Origin: Octopus vulgaris
Lineage: Eukaryota
DNA length: 64,000 nt
Reading direction: 5' to 3'
NCBI GenBank assembly: GCA_951406725.2
Contig: OX597830.1
Location: 4,216,001 to 4,280,000, forward strand
The notes under the pieces were generated by a model. It was not told the DNA's origin and ran no database searches. It was given only the letters and a program-made list of their open reading frames with translations. Of the stretch, positions 1 to 11,744 are shown one piece after another. Made by a program: the position numbers and the translations under genes. Within the stretch, counting starts at the first letter, position 1, and every line of letters begins with the position of its first letter.

Positions 1-480
1 TCCTTTAATAGTCATGAAATAACGAGTAATTCTTATAACTAGGTCACCACAAATTGTGACATTCATTCACAGACTTTATACACAGAAAATGGTAATTGCC
101 TTGAAAAATTAGTCATCAAACATCAATCAGATGTCATCTAATATTAATCAGAATAAATTAGATCACATAGAAATAACAACAAATCAATTTAAGAACAGAC
201 ATAACCAGAATATATACACATTTAGAATACTCTAACTCTTCAAAAAAAAACATTGGTATGAGTTTAGTCAAAAATACATAGTTTTAGAAACATAACAAGT
301 TCACCTACATTATTAATTGGCACCGTTTAGACAAAGCAATATTCTATAAGCAGTCCTATTCATCGTGCAGTTTATATATGCTAAGGAAAAATTTTGATTT
401 TAAAACACAATGACACTCAATAAACAAATATACTAAATTTATTCTTGCCAACATCGTCTTTGATTCTATATCGGTTTTGT
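1..480 (+). pseudogene. Decayed Penelope-like element (PLE) GIY-YIG endonuclease C-terminus
   Basis: Frameshifted translation gives ...ENGNCLEKLVI...HIEITTNQFKNRHNQNIYTFR...YIINWHRLDKAIFY...CSLY...EK..IL...NK...SCQHR. This matches the motif order recalled for PLE endonucleases (GNCL.K.VIY / YIG.T...FK.R..NH..SFR / I.W.IL.KA..Y / C.LC..EK..IL / LNK..E...C.H). Confidence 0.7.
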
Positions 481-619
481 GAAATAACCAGGAACTACTG
501 CGATTATAGTGATATATAATGTTTTTGTTGTTTTGTTTTATGCCTTAAAGATTACAATAGTGCTAAAGTCATTTCTTTTTAAATTAAGTTTTCTAGTCTT
601 TCCATAATAACTACATGCA

Positions 620-800
620 ATATATATATATATATATGTATCTATGTGTGTGTGTATATGTTTGTGTGTATGTATGTATGTGTGTGTGTATATGTTTGTG
701 TGTATGTATGTGTGTGTGTATGTTTGTGTGTATGTATGTGTGTGTATGTATGTATGTGTGTGTATGTATGTATGTATGTATGTATGAATATATGTATGTA
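620..800. repeat. Compound (TA)n/(TG)n/(TATG)n microsatellite
   Basis: Directly visible; source of the spurious ORFs 615-833 and 642-854. Confidence 0.95.
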
Positions 801-952
801 TTTAAAGTAGATCTTATTTTCTTTGTACATTAGCTTCTTTACAGAAAACAACAAACTCTTTTCAAAACTGAAACACTACTTACTAGTCAGGTAGGGTTTT
901 AGTAATTAATTATACTTTCATAATATACGAGTAAAAACAAAACTTACCCCGC

Positions 953-996
953 ATTTGCTGATGAGCCATATGATGGTGAAACTTGATGTTGCAAAT
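953..996 (+). ncRNA. Minimal type I hammerhead ribozyme motif in the PLE 3' region
   Basis: ATTTG-CTGATGA(958-964)-GCCA tatga TGGT (stem II)-GAAA(978-981)-C ttgat GT-T-GCAAAT. Stem I is ATTTG/CAAAT with a 1-nt register slip. Confidence 0.7.
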
Positions 997-1252
997 ATAA
1001 AATAACTACACAGCACTTGAAAGACAGGGCATTTTTGTTTTTCTTTATTCTTGCTTCCACTCACACATACACACACAAACTCTATGTTTATGTATGTGTG
1101 TGTGCATGTGTTTGTGTGTGCTGGAGAAAACCATTCCTGTCTATGCAATCAGAGGATGTAACATGATAGTGATGATGGTAAACAAGATATCAAAGATGAA
1201 ACATAGATACATGTGAAGATAGCTTTAATTAAAAATTGTGTGTGTATGTGTC

Positions 1253-1294
<42 letters not shown>

Positions 1295-2172
1295 ACACAG
1301 AGTTTGTCTGTATACTTACATATATTCCAGATTCTAGTTCAATAATTACTGTTGACAGATAACCTCATTATCTTTAATTAGGTTTGTCAACTGTAGCTTA
1401 ATCAGTGCTTCAAGAGCAGGACAGTTATTTTTCACCACACAACACAGTTTTCATTCTTATTCAACAATGACCCATTTTCTTGCATTTAGATTCAGTGTTT
1501 GATTGTTACCTTATCATGAATTCTGAGTTGGGAGTTTCCTTGGGAGTGAGTTGCGTGTTTCCTTTAGTTCCGATATGGTAATATTGGAACTAAAATGTAT
1601 TGACAAAAAAAGGTGTGAATATTGATAGATACTGAAGTCTCTGCGAATTTGCAGATTTCAAACCATAAAATGTAAGAATCTGCTGCCATAGTAACAAAAG
1701 AAACTAAGAGCCAAGATCTTGAGGTCATTTCTAATATGTTTGATGCAGTAATAGTCATAAAATTTCCATTTTCCACTTTTTGGGGTAACAAGATATGGGA
1801 AGGGAAAGCCATCGGTATCTATCAGCAGTCATTAATCAAATAAGGGCTAATGATTATATTTAATCCTTTTTTCACTGTATTGTGTATTTCGTCCTTTTCC
1901 ATCTCATTTTTATTGAACTTCTATAATAATGAGGCTGTATCCTTTAATTTGTTGCTTTCGTATACAAATACTGAGAAGAAAACTTGCATAACAGACATTA
2001 TTTTAATGAGATACATCTCATAATCACCTGAAGAGACACATCTGCACTGACAGATACTCTAAAACTAAATGTTTGGTATCCCACCTGTAAGGGATTGATG
2101 CTAGATGGGCCGAAACAATTGTAGCAATCAACAAACATTCTCGTGTCTTCCATCTTCCATCTTTCTCATTAA

Positions 2173-2213
<41 letters not shown>

Positions 2214-2264
2214 AGTATATATTTATATATACATATATTTATATATATACATATATTTATGTAT

Positions 2265-3125
2265 ACTGTGCAGTGAATAAACTGTTGTCTAAATTACGCA
2301 AAAATGAACATAACACTGACATCTCATTTTAACATATATTTACCAAAATTACATAAAAATATCTTGAAATACTAAAGAGTAAATTTATGCAATAAAATCG
2401 CCCTTGGCTTCAACCACAGCCTCCAGGCGACTTCAGAATCTCCTGCAACTCTTCTGGACAGTCTCCTAGTTTAATTTGGTGAATGCTGCCATAATCCTTG
2501 CCTTCACTCATCTTTGGTATTACAAGTAGTTTTGTTGGTCTCTCACTCAACTGTGCCCCACACATAACAATCAAGGGGGTTGCAGTCTGAGGAGTTGGGT
2601 GACCAGATGTTAGGGTGGGATGTGGTCGCAGAAATTGTCTGACAGCCATGACTGGGATCTCCTACTTGTGTGGTATGGTGCAGAGTCCTGTTGCCAGACA
2701 TAGGGACTTCCAGTAGCCACCCTCTTCACCTAGGACAGCACTACCTCCTCCAGGCACGATGTAGGCCTCTGTGTTGAGGGTGAGGCTATGTGGAAAGATG
2801 AATGGAGGCATAACGTTGCCAACACTGCTGATCACTCCAAACACCATGATGTTGACTGGATGTTTGATTTTTATCACTCTTGATACGTGTCCTCAGATTG
2901 ACACCCTGAAATGTTGGTATTGGAGCTTCCAGCATGAATTCCAAGCAGTACAGAATGTTGTTTCCAAATTTCTGATAGAGTAAATCATGTAGTGGTACTG
3001 CTTTTCTCACAGACAGTACCCAACTGACCCTACTATGCTGTATAGTCGACAAAATCAAAAACAAGCAATGCACATGTGCAAAATGAAAATTATAAAACGG
3101 TTGCAATTTAACCAACCCACGCTGT
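2265..3125 (-). mobile_element. Internally deleted Tc1/mariner DD37D (maT-type) transposon relic
   Basis: Minus strand gives KHPVNIMVFGVISSVGNVMPPFIF...PYVWQQDSAPYHTSRRSQSWLSDNFCDHI/(fs)PNIWSPNSSDCNPLDCYVWGTVE...RLEAVVEAKGDFI*. There are 37 residues between the 2nd and 3rd Asp after correcting one frameshift. The right end is ...GCTG|TA; the TIRs are degenerate. Confidence 0.85.
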
Positions 3126-4995
3126 ATATATTCTACCTACAAACATTCTTATATACATATGAGTATGGGGTGCTCACAAAGAAATAGAAAATACCTTATT
3201 TGAAAAATAAGTAAAGTTTAGCAACAGGGAGAGCATCCAGCTGTAAAACATTCCCTTGATAAAAGGCATTCGTCCAACTCAAGCTAGAATGGAAAAATGA
3301 ATGGAAAATGAACAGTCATGGGTGTGTGTTTGTGTGTGTGTGTATATACGTGTGTCTGTATGTCTATGAAATCTAATTTACTATACACTGAGAGGTTATA
3401 GATACACTGAAATATTAATACACACACACACACACACACACAAACCTAACGCAGAACCACATTTCACGTGTGTGATCATATTTCTGTCAAAGGGAAATGT
3501 TACATTAGAAAATCTTCAAGTCTAAAATCTTCATAGTCTATTAAATGCTTAAACTACTTAGTATTGTGGCAGCCTTTACTTACAATTCCATATTCTGATT
3601 GTTCTGTAGTAAGTTTACAACCTCTACATCAAGAAGTGCAGCAGTGAATGTAGTTCAGTGTAATTTACTTGTGCAAGAAAGACAAACAAATTAAATAACA
3701 AAACTATCACTTTTAAACAACCTGAAGGGAAATCTTCAAGTTCATTGATTTCATTCTGAACTGCTGCTGCTGCTGCTACTACTACTACTACTGAGTGATG
3801 CTATCAGCAGAGTTAAAAGTACGGTGTATAGTTGTGTGATAAGTGGATATTTAAATGAAGATATTCACAACTGTATGTCTATATAACAGAGTGACTAGAT
3901 TTTGTATTACACCTTTGCATTTCATTGTTGAATTCATGTCAGTTGATCTATGATGATATAATCAATGCTTGTGTGTGGTATGGATACACAATAGAAGTAA
4001 GTTCTAATTTTTACCATCGTAGACAATGTTAGCTCTTTTGCTATCAATCTACCTGCAACCACCTTTGGTTTTATAGGACAAAGCCATCCATTTGAAAACG
4101 TGTGTATTTAAATGAAAACCTTCCATTGTATGAACGTTTCTTGAAGTTATTTTTCAAACACCACTATATTAAGAAAAATGGTGATTATTCTTCCAAAGGC
4201 TTCTAAATACTCAACATTTTTTTCAAAATTAATTGAAACAAAGTCAACGTATTTTATGTTGAAAACAAGATTAAACAAAGATAAGTGAAGAATATGCAAA
4301 GCCATTTAATTGTTGGATTCTTCACACATTTGCTTGCCTTGAGAATATCTTGAGTTTATAGTAAGAAGGAAAATTGACAATGAAGATCCGTTTAAAATGG
4401 AATAAACACAGGCAGAGGAGTAAAGCAGCTGTGTTTATGTGTGAACAGGAATGTGACTGTGTATGTTAGCACTTTATAATATCAGTGGATGGCATGGAAG
4501 GTATTCTTTGGTTGTAGGATTATGGTTTCTCTCCTTTGTTTCAAAAGTATGTGTCAATAATGGAGGGAAAATTCATGAATAACGCAATCTAAGCACTTTT
4601 TGAAGGGTTAAACATATGAATTGAAATGGATTTTGCATGATAAATTATGGGGGACAAAAATACATATACACTTCGCCATCATTCCCATTGTTTTAATGTC
4701 TGCTTTTCCATGCTTAGGTAGATGAGAGTGTTTTGGGGGAAGAGCTTTTCTTTTGGCTAGCTGTCCTTCCTGTGGCCCAACCCTTATTTGCTTCCAAGTG
4801 AGGTAATAATCTCCTAGACAGCAGCTTGGACCTGCATATGCAGAGAATTGAAGACAAAAGACATCAAAATGAGACTTTTGTTTACAAAGATATTCACATA
4901 CATATATATAATATTACAACATATATGTATATGTATAATAAATAATATATATATATATATGTATATATATATATGTGTGTGTGTATATATATATA

Positions 4996-5255
4996 TCATC
5001 ATCATCATCAACGTTTAACGTCCGTTTTCCATGCTAGCATGGGTTGGACGATTTGACTGAGGGCTGGTGAACCAGATGGCTGCACCAGGCTCCAATCTGA
5101 TCTGGCAGAGTTTCTACAGCTGGATGGCCTTCCTAATGCCTACCACTCCGAGAGTGTAGTGGGTGCTTTTATGTGCCACTGGTACGAGGGCCAGTCAGGC
5201 AGTACTAGTAATGGCTACGCTCAAATAGTGCATTTTATGTGCCACCTGCACAGGA

Positions 5256-5258
<3 letters not shown>
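4996..5258 (-). mobile_element. SINE family C (RTE-type 3' tail, (GAT)n end)
   Basis: (CAT)n-aacgtttaacgtccgttttccatgctagcatgggttggacg...tttctacagctggatg..cttcctaa.gcc; the same sequence recurs at 51322, 51652-52062 and 56055-56326. Confidence 0.85.
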
Positions 5259-5293
<35 letters not shown>

Positions 5294-5856
5294 TGGGTCC
5301 AGGACGTCACCAATGGTGCAAACAATATGAAATACATAAACCAATGAGTTAAATATGGAAAACAGGACAGGTAAACACAGAGGAAGGACCCTTCATCAGT
5401 TGTCAGCTGTCTATCTACTCCTCATTTTGAGCATTATATATATATACTATATATATATATATATATATATATACTCTTTTACTTGTTTTGACATGACTGT
5501 TGTGAACAAGCATCACTGTCGTACAAGTGATATTGCTCATTTCCAGTTCCCTATGTAAAATATGTATCATCCAAGGGAAATCTTGCTTGGAAACAGGTGA
5601 GGGTTGGTGACAGGAAGGGCATCCAGCTGTGGAAAATCTGCCTCAAAGGATTCAGTCTAACACATACAAGCAGGGAAAAGTGGGATGATGATGTTGACAC
5701 CTACAAATGCACACACACACACACACACACAAAATGAACTTTCACATAATTTCTGTCCCTTAAGTGTCTCTCCCAAGACATTGGTCAGCCCAGTGTTATA
5801 TTAGAAGCACACAATAACACACAGTAGGATATCTGATATCTGTGAGTGTCATACAT

Positions 5857-6200
5857 TCTTTTATCCTTTAACTTGTTTCAGTTATTGGACTACAACCATA
5901 CTAAGCTACCTCCTTGGTTTTGAACCTGGCTCATATTCTACCTGGTTCTTTTGTTAAACTGCTAAGTTACAAGAAGGTAAACAAACCAATAGTGCTTGTC
6001 AAGTGTTGATGGAGACAAACACAAAAGCACTCATACTGACATGTACATAAATGCATAAATACAAACAAATATGTATTCATGAGCTTCCACACAGTTTCTG
6101 CCTACCAAACTCATTCACAAGGCATTGGTTGACTAACCCAGGGTTGTAACAGATCACACTTGTCACACATTGGAACTGAACTTGAAAGCCTAGGTTTGCA
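5857..6200 (-). mobile_element. SINE family A, diverged copy
   Basis: Shares the cttttacttgtttcag tail, ctaagttac..gtaaac..acca block and cagtttctg.ctaccaaa..cattcacaaggc block with 31993-32441. Confidence 0.75.
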
Positions 6201-6343
6201 AATTCATGTGCAAGTTTTGTACTTTATTCATGATAATCCCAACCTCCTCTCAAGGATAGGCACCAATGGTAGTTTTATTTTGAAGTCCTTTCAGTAGATT
6301 AATTTTTTATTTTAAATCTATACTTGGACCCTATTTATTGTGG

Positions 6344-6630
6344 GTGAAGGCACATGGCTTAGTGGTTAGGGTATTTGGCTCATGATCATATAATTGTGAG
6401 TTCAATTCCTGGCAGTGCATTGTGTTCTTGAGTAAGACATTATATTTCATGTTGCCCCAGTCTACTCAGCTGGCAAAAACAAGTAGTCACACTGAGTCTC
6501 CCTGAGAACTACACTAAGGGTCTGCGTATCTGTGGAGTACTCAGCCACTTCCTTATCAATTTCATGAGCAAGCTTGTTCTGTTGATCCAATCAACTGGAA
6601 CCCTCATCGTTGTAACAGACAGACTTCCTG
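6344..6630 (+). mobile_element. tRNA-derived SINE family D with 12-bp target-site duplication
   Basis: A-box TGGCTTAGTGG and B-box GTTCAATTCC, followed by ttgtgttcttgagtaagaca. Flanked by the perfect direct repeat TATTTATTGTGG at 6332-6343 and 6631-6642. Confidence 0.85.
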
Positions 6631-6702
6631 TATTTATTGTGGACCCAGCATTTTGTACTGCCTTCTCATCATTCATACTTCCCACATTATTTAAAATTAT
6701 TC

Positions 6703-6850
6703 AGGCAGTGAACTGACAGAATCATTATCATACTGAAACGGCATTTCTTCCAACTCTACATTCTGAGCTCAAATCCTGCTGAAGTCAACTTCGCCTTTCA
6801 TCATATTGGGATTGATAAATTTAAATATCAGTCAAGCACTGCAGGTCGCT
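6703..6850 (+). mobile_element. SINE family B, 5' part
   Basis: ggcagtgaactgacagaatc...ttctgagctcaaatcctgctgaagtcaacttcgcctttcatc matches the other family B copies. Confidence 0.75.
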
Positions 6851-7489
6851 TTTATTGCAAGGATTTGGATTAAACTGTCATTGAAGCAGTCATATCCTCA
6901 TTGTATTTTTCATGTACAAATAGAGAATAACTCCCCTAACTTGTGGCAGGAAGGAAATTTTACTGTTAAAATAACAAGGAAGAAAGAGTGAAAGTAGGCT
7001 AAACATATTGTTGCAAAACATTTCATAATGTTGCATGGAAGTATTCGACTATCTCCATAGATATCTCCCAGAAATTTATCACTCTCCACTTCAAATGTCT
7101 CTCCATTGTATTATCACGATTTGAAAGCTGAGTAATTTTGATCCTCTTTCAAGAAATTATATTGAAGTTCCTGTCAGGTTTTAGTGGAGCCTTTAAAGAA
7201 ATAATTGAAAGCAACAGGAAAGATAAAGTAATATGGTTGAAAGGTTAAAATATTTGAAATTATTCCACAGCATTCTTAGCAAAGGACGCAAACTTACATC
7301 ATTGATTATGTCTGTAGAGACTAGTATTCTGTCATACTTGTTTTAGTGTGAAATTTTATTTGGACTCCTAAGTATTTCTGACTTAAACAGAGACTTACTC
7401 CAAAATGACATATCTACTTAAGACAATTCATTTCAAACATGAAACTGAAAGTTTTTCATCCATATTCGTTTTTCCATAAGATTGATAGC

Positions 7490-7700
7490 TGCTTGAAGTT
7501 AATGAGTTTGCTTGGCTTCTTGCCTGTTACACTGAATTTCAAATTGTGAATGTCCACTTTATAACGTGGCTGTGTTACGATACATTGAATCGTACTTTCA
7601 AATATGCTGTCTACAACCATGTCAAATGATTGCGCTTTCAAACTTCATTCACAGGAAACCATAATCTTCAAGGAATTTTGTCTTCACAATCTTAGCTCTT
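7490..7700 (-). pseudogene. Possible hAT (Charlie/SPIN-like) transposase C-terminal relic
   Basis: Minus-strand ..MVSCE*SL...D.H/FESTIQCIVT...YKVDIHNL....Q..KQTH* loosely resembles the CE..FS...L.D.HLE...DI..L....Q.SH* end of hAT dimerisation domains. Heavily decayed. Confidence 0.3.
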
Positions 7701-8189
7701 TTTTTTTTTTTTGATTGGCACAAAATTCACAAAAGCCAACTTGATAACAAAAGTAATAAAACATAATACATGTTCTTTGTTCATAATACATACTGTGTAA
7801 AACAGATGGATTTATTTTCGTTACAGAATCACAGCTTAGTGTCTTTCTTTCATGTCTTAACAGAGACAAACGGTATTGGAAAGAAATAGAAAATATACGA
7901 ACGCGTTATATTCTGACTAATCCATGCAGAAAAGAGATTTCTTATAGAAACCATAAAGGTGTTGGTTTTTGTTTTACCAAATTAGATTTTTTCAGATGGC
8001 TTTTAACAAACTGAAATACTATTTGCATTAAAACAATCTCTATGCATCGATTATGTCTCAGGTTTATAACCTGGAGGTTGTGAGTTTGCATCCAAATATA
8101 GTCATATGTATATATAGATGTGGGTGTGTGTGAATGTATGTATGTACATGTGTATGCATATAGGTGTGTATATGCATAGACATGTATGT

Positions 8190-8451
8190 TTTCAGCCATT
8201 TCACTGCAGCCATAGTGCAGCACCACCTTCAGTCAAACAAATAAACTCCAAAACTTACTCTTTGCAAGCCTAGCAGTTATTCTATCGGTCTCTTCTGCCA
8301 GACCACTAAGTTACGGGGACAAAAACATACCAGCATCGGTTGTCAAGCAATGCTGGTGAGGGACAAACAAACACATAAACATATACATACATATATATGT
8401 GTGTGTATGTGCGTGTGTGCATGTATATATATATATACACACATATGTGTA

Positions 8452-8494
<43 letters not shown>

Positions 8495-8962
8495 GTGTGT
8501 ATATATATATATATGTGTGTATATATATGTATATATATATATACATATATATACGTACATATATTTATATATATACATATAGTTAATCCAAACATGAAAG
8601 CATAAAAAAACACAACAACGCGAGGACGTGGAACAAATATAGTATTATTGGACGCTCTTGAAGGAAGGGAAGAAGGAGAGTTTACTGTTTCGAGCGGAGC
8701 TCTTCGTCGGAAACATAGGAGAAGGAAAGATCCAGAGAAGGGAAGACAGAGGAAAAAAATCGACAACGGTACACGCATATATATATGTATATATATATAC
8801 GACAGGCTTCTTTTCAGTTTCCATTTACCAAATCCACTCACAAGGCCTTGGTCAGCCCGAGGCTATAGGAGAAGACACTTGCCAAAGGTGCCACACAGTG
8901 GGACTGAACCCGGAACCATGTGGTTTGTAAGCAAGCTACTTACCACACAGCCACTCCTGCAC
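8190..8962 (-). mobile_element. tRNA-derived SINE family A with expanded internal (TA/TG)n and a nested cassette
   Basis: Head (minus) GGAGTGGCTGTGTGGTAAGTAGCTTGCTTAC...GGGTTCAGTCCCACTG..TGGCACCTT.GGCAAGTGTCTT has A/B boxes and a CORE-like block. The 3' half lies at 8190-8375. Confidence 0.9.
8582..8775 (-). mobile_element. ~190-bp cassette with HHR-like motif inserted in (TA)n
   Basis: Minus 8715-8680 reads TGTTT-CCGACGA-A-GAGC tcc GCTC-GAAAC-AGTA-AAC. Flanked by (TA)n on both sides; a related copy lies at 37045-37118. Confidence 0.6.
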
Positions 8963-9567
8963 CTATGTGTTTGTGTTTGTATGCATAATCAGCTGTTCGT
9001 TTACAGAGAGTATGGATTCTATAAAAGCTACACACTCTCACTGCTTCTCAAAATGGGTGACATTTTTTTATGAAGGAGTGGGGAATATGCATTGCTAGTG
9101 AAGACAAAAGGGTCCTTAGCACTGGGTGTGATAGATGTATCTATACATTGTTTTAACTCTTTGTCTCCTATTTAAATATTAACTTTAAAAGTAAAAAACA
9201 AAATCGTTATTTGCCCCATTTACAATGAGATGTGCAATGGATATTTGTGTATTCAATCTTAACATGTCTAGGCAGGTTCCGATGTGAAATATGCTGAGTG
9301 CTGCTGTATAGTGTATGTTACAGAGATTTCTGCCGTTTATAACACACTCTTGTCATAAAGGGAAGAATTCTCTCAGTTATACACTCCATTGCACAACATA
9401 TTTTGCTTGTGATGTCAACGTGTGGACATGTGAAGAATAAATACATGAATATTCCTTCTAATCTTGAAAGTATTTTTAAATGTTCACCACAATCACAACA
9501 ACAGCATCAGTAATAGTTACTGAGTTTGAAATGTAAATATATAAATAGACAAAACTGGATATTCAAT

Positions 9568-9737
9568 TGTGTCTGGGGAGAGTCATTCTCTTTCAGTGCT
9601 TTATTATTTAACACACTCACTGGTTCGATTTCCACTCATTTACTTATAGGAAACATAAATAAGTAAATGGGTGGAAATCAAACCAGTGAGTGTGTTATAT
9701 GATAAGGCACTAAAAGAGAATGACTTGCCCAGGCACA
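9568..9737. repeat. Imperfect inverted repeat (~80-bp arms), PLE-like fold-back
   Basis: tgtgtctggggagagtcattctctttcagtgc...ttccactcatttacttat / ataagtaaatgggtggaa...gcactaaaagagaatgacttgcccaggcaca. Same family as 35753-36014. Confidence 0.9.
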
Positions 9738-9953
9738 GTAAAATATACTTCAACACACGAATTCACATAAAGAATCTTGTAACCCTAATACAAAAACGAA
9801 ATGAATATTCAATATTTATGTGTCTAATATTTGCTTGTAATACAGAGGTATTAAATCATTTAAATCGTTCTAGTACTTGAAATTAACTAACTCTGGCCTG
9901 ATATTAAGTGTATGCACATAAAAATGGTGGAGTGTGTGTTACGAAAATGTTAG

Positions 9954-10181
9954 TTAATCCTTTCCTTACTGTATTTATTTTGAGATGTTCTGTGTTTCTT
10001 TCAATTACTTGAAATATAACAAAGAATTTAATAAAATAACTTAGTTATCATTAAGCTAGTGTTAGGAACATAAATTGTGACTAAGGTTTGGTGGAAGATT
10101 TTAATTCAAAAATTATGAAAACAAGACATTTGTACTCAGAGCCAGAACCGGTTTCAGCCAGGTTGGTAACGAAAGCGTTAA
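9954..10181. mobile_element. piggyBac-type MITE (TTAA TSD)
   Basis: TTAA(9954-57)-TCCTTTCCTTAC ... GTAACGAAAGCG-TTAA(10178-81). The ends match 9/12 as an inverted repeat (consensus CCCTTTCGTTAC). The element is 220 bp and non-coding. Confidence 0.75.
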
Positions 10182-11107
10182 AGAAACTGTTTGAGAAGCA
10201 CTGTAATATCTAATCGTCAAGCTTGCTGGAATTCGGAATGGTGCCTTCATTTCAGAAGAAGGAGAAAATTCCAAGCCATAATTATCCAATGCAGACTGGA
10301 TGCCAAAGGAAATTAAAAGCATGAAGTTTCTCCATATTATTTAATGAAGTTGTTAACTGTGGTAGAGAAAGAATACTGCATGCTGCGAAAATAGTGCTCT
10401 GTTACAGAAATTGTACCGGGATTGGACATTCTGATACACACTGGCCTTTCAATGAAAGCATGAGTTCATTCAACAGCACAGATATTTGTAAACTCATTGG
10501 ATTATACGTCACAGATTTACTTCCAAAAAGATTCCTATACTATACATATGTGAGCATGTGTGAATGTAAACAGATGCACACACACACACACACACACACA
10601 CTTATGCAGCACAAAAACAAAATTTTATGGCTGGAGATAATTGTAAAGCTGTGAGACATAACAGATCATAAGTTTACCTTTCCTTTTTAATGTGGTGTAT
10701 CAAAATTTTCGTTCTGTTTTATTTCTCACCTGAGACTGATGTTGCAGCTACAAATTATTCATAATTAACTGTAGTTATTCATCTCATCTTTATGAGTTTA
10801 CATTATATTGTGTTGAGTTCACTGGAATCTCATTTGGGTTTGTGTGTTTGTATATATATCATCATTATCGTTTTAACGTCCACTTTTCCATGCTTGCATG
10901 GGTCAGATTGAATTCCTAGAGGCAGGTTTTCTATGGCCAGATTCCCTTCCTTTTGCCAAACTACACCTACTTTCAAGTAAGGTAATATTTACCCATAGCT
11001 GCACATGTTTTCACAGATTGCTTGTATGACAGTGATGTTTATCACATGGCCACTGGTGGCACCTTTGATGTTTTCTACTAGAGCCCCTGTGTGTGTGTGT
11101 GTGTGTT

Positions 11108-11139
<32 letters not shown>

Positions 11140-11536
11140 TTATTGATTTCGGAAATCATCACTTTCAGTATCTCATTCCTGAAGTTTAAGCAATTTCCAA
11201 AATATTTTTTTGAAGTTGTGGATATTTGAGAAACAGTTCTTTCAAAGATCACCCTAATTTCAGTATTGAGTACTACATTCTTTTACTCCTTTGTATATAC
11301 ACTCACACATGCATACACACAAATATTTATTCAAAGCTGGGTTTGCAAGAACTGTTCTTTGAAATTTTTTCATTTCCATTCTCTGGACAAGGATCTAAGA
11401 ATAGTGGCTTCTCCTGCTTTAGCTTTGAATGAATTTTATTCAGCTCATCCTATCAGTATTGGGTACTTTTCCCCGCTTCTTGTTTACTTATTAGCAACTC
11501 ACATCCTTGTGAACACATAAACACACACACACATTA

Positions 11537-11744
11537 ATTTTAAATTTTGGCACAAGGCCAGCAATTTTGTGGGAGCGGTAAGTCAATTACATCAAACCCC
11601 AGTGCTCAGCTGGTGATTCTTTTATCTGCCCCAAACGAATGATAACGTCAACCATGACAGAATTTGAACTGAAAATTTAAGGACAGACAAAATGGTGTTA
11701 AGCATTTTCTCCAAGGTGCCAACATTTCTACCAGCTTGCCACTT
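11537..11744 (-). mobile_element. SINE family B
   Basis: aattttggcacaaggccagcaatttt...ccccagtgctcagctggt...gaatttgaact...gcatttt...ccagcttgcc. Confidence 0.85.

Noticed and set aside
4028-4280. Possible old relative of the 9954 TTAA MITE in reverse orientation
   Set aside because: Only patchy similarity and no intact termini.
6344-6420. tRNA-like A/B boxes here and in SINE A and B heads
   Set aside because: No full cloverleaf; these are SINE heads, not tRNA genes.
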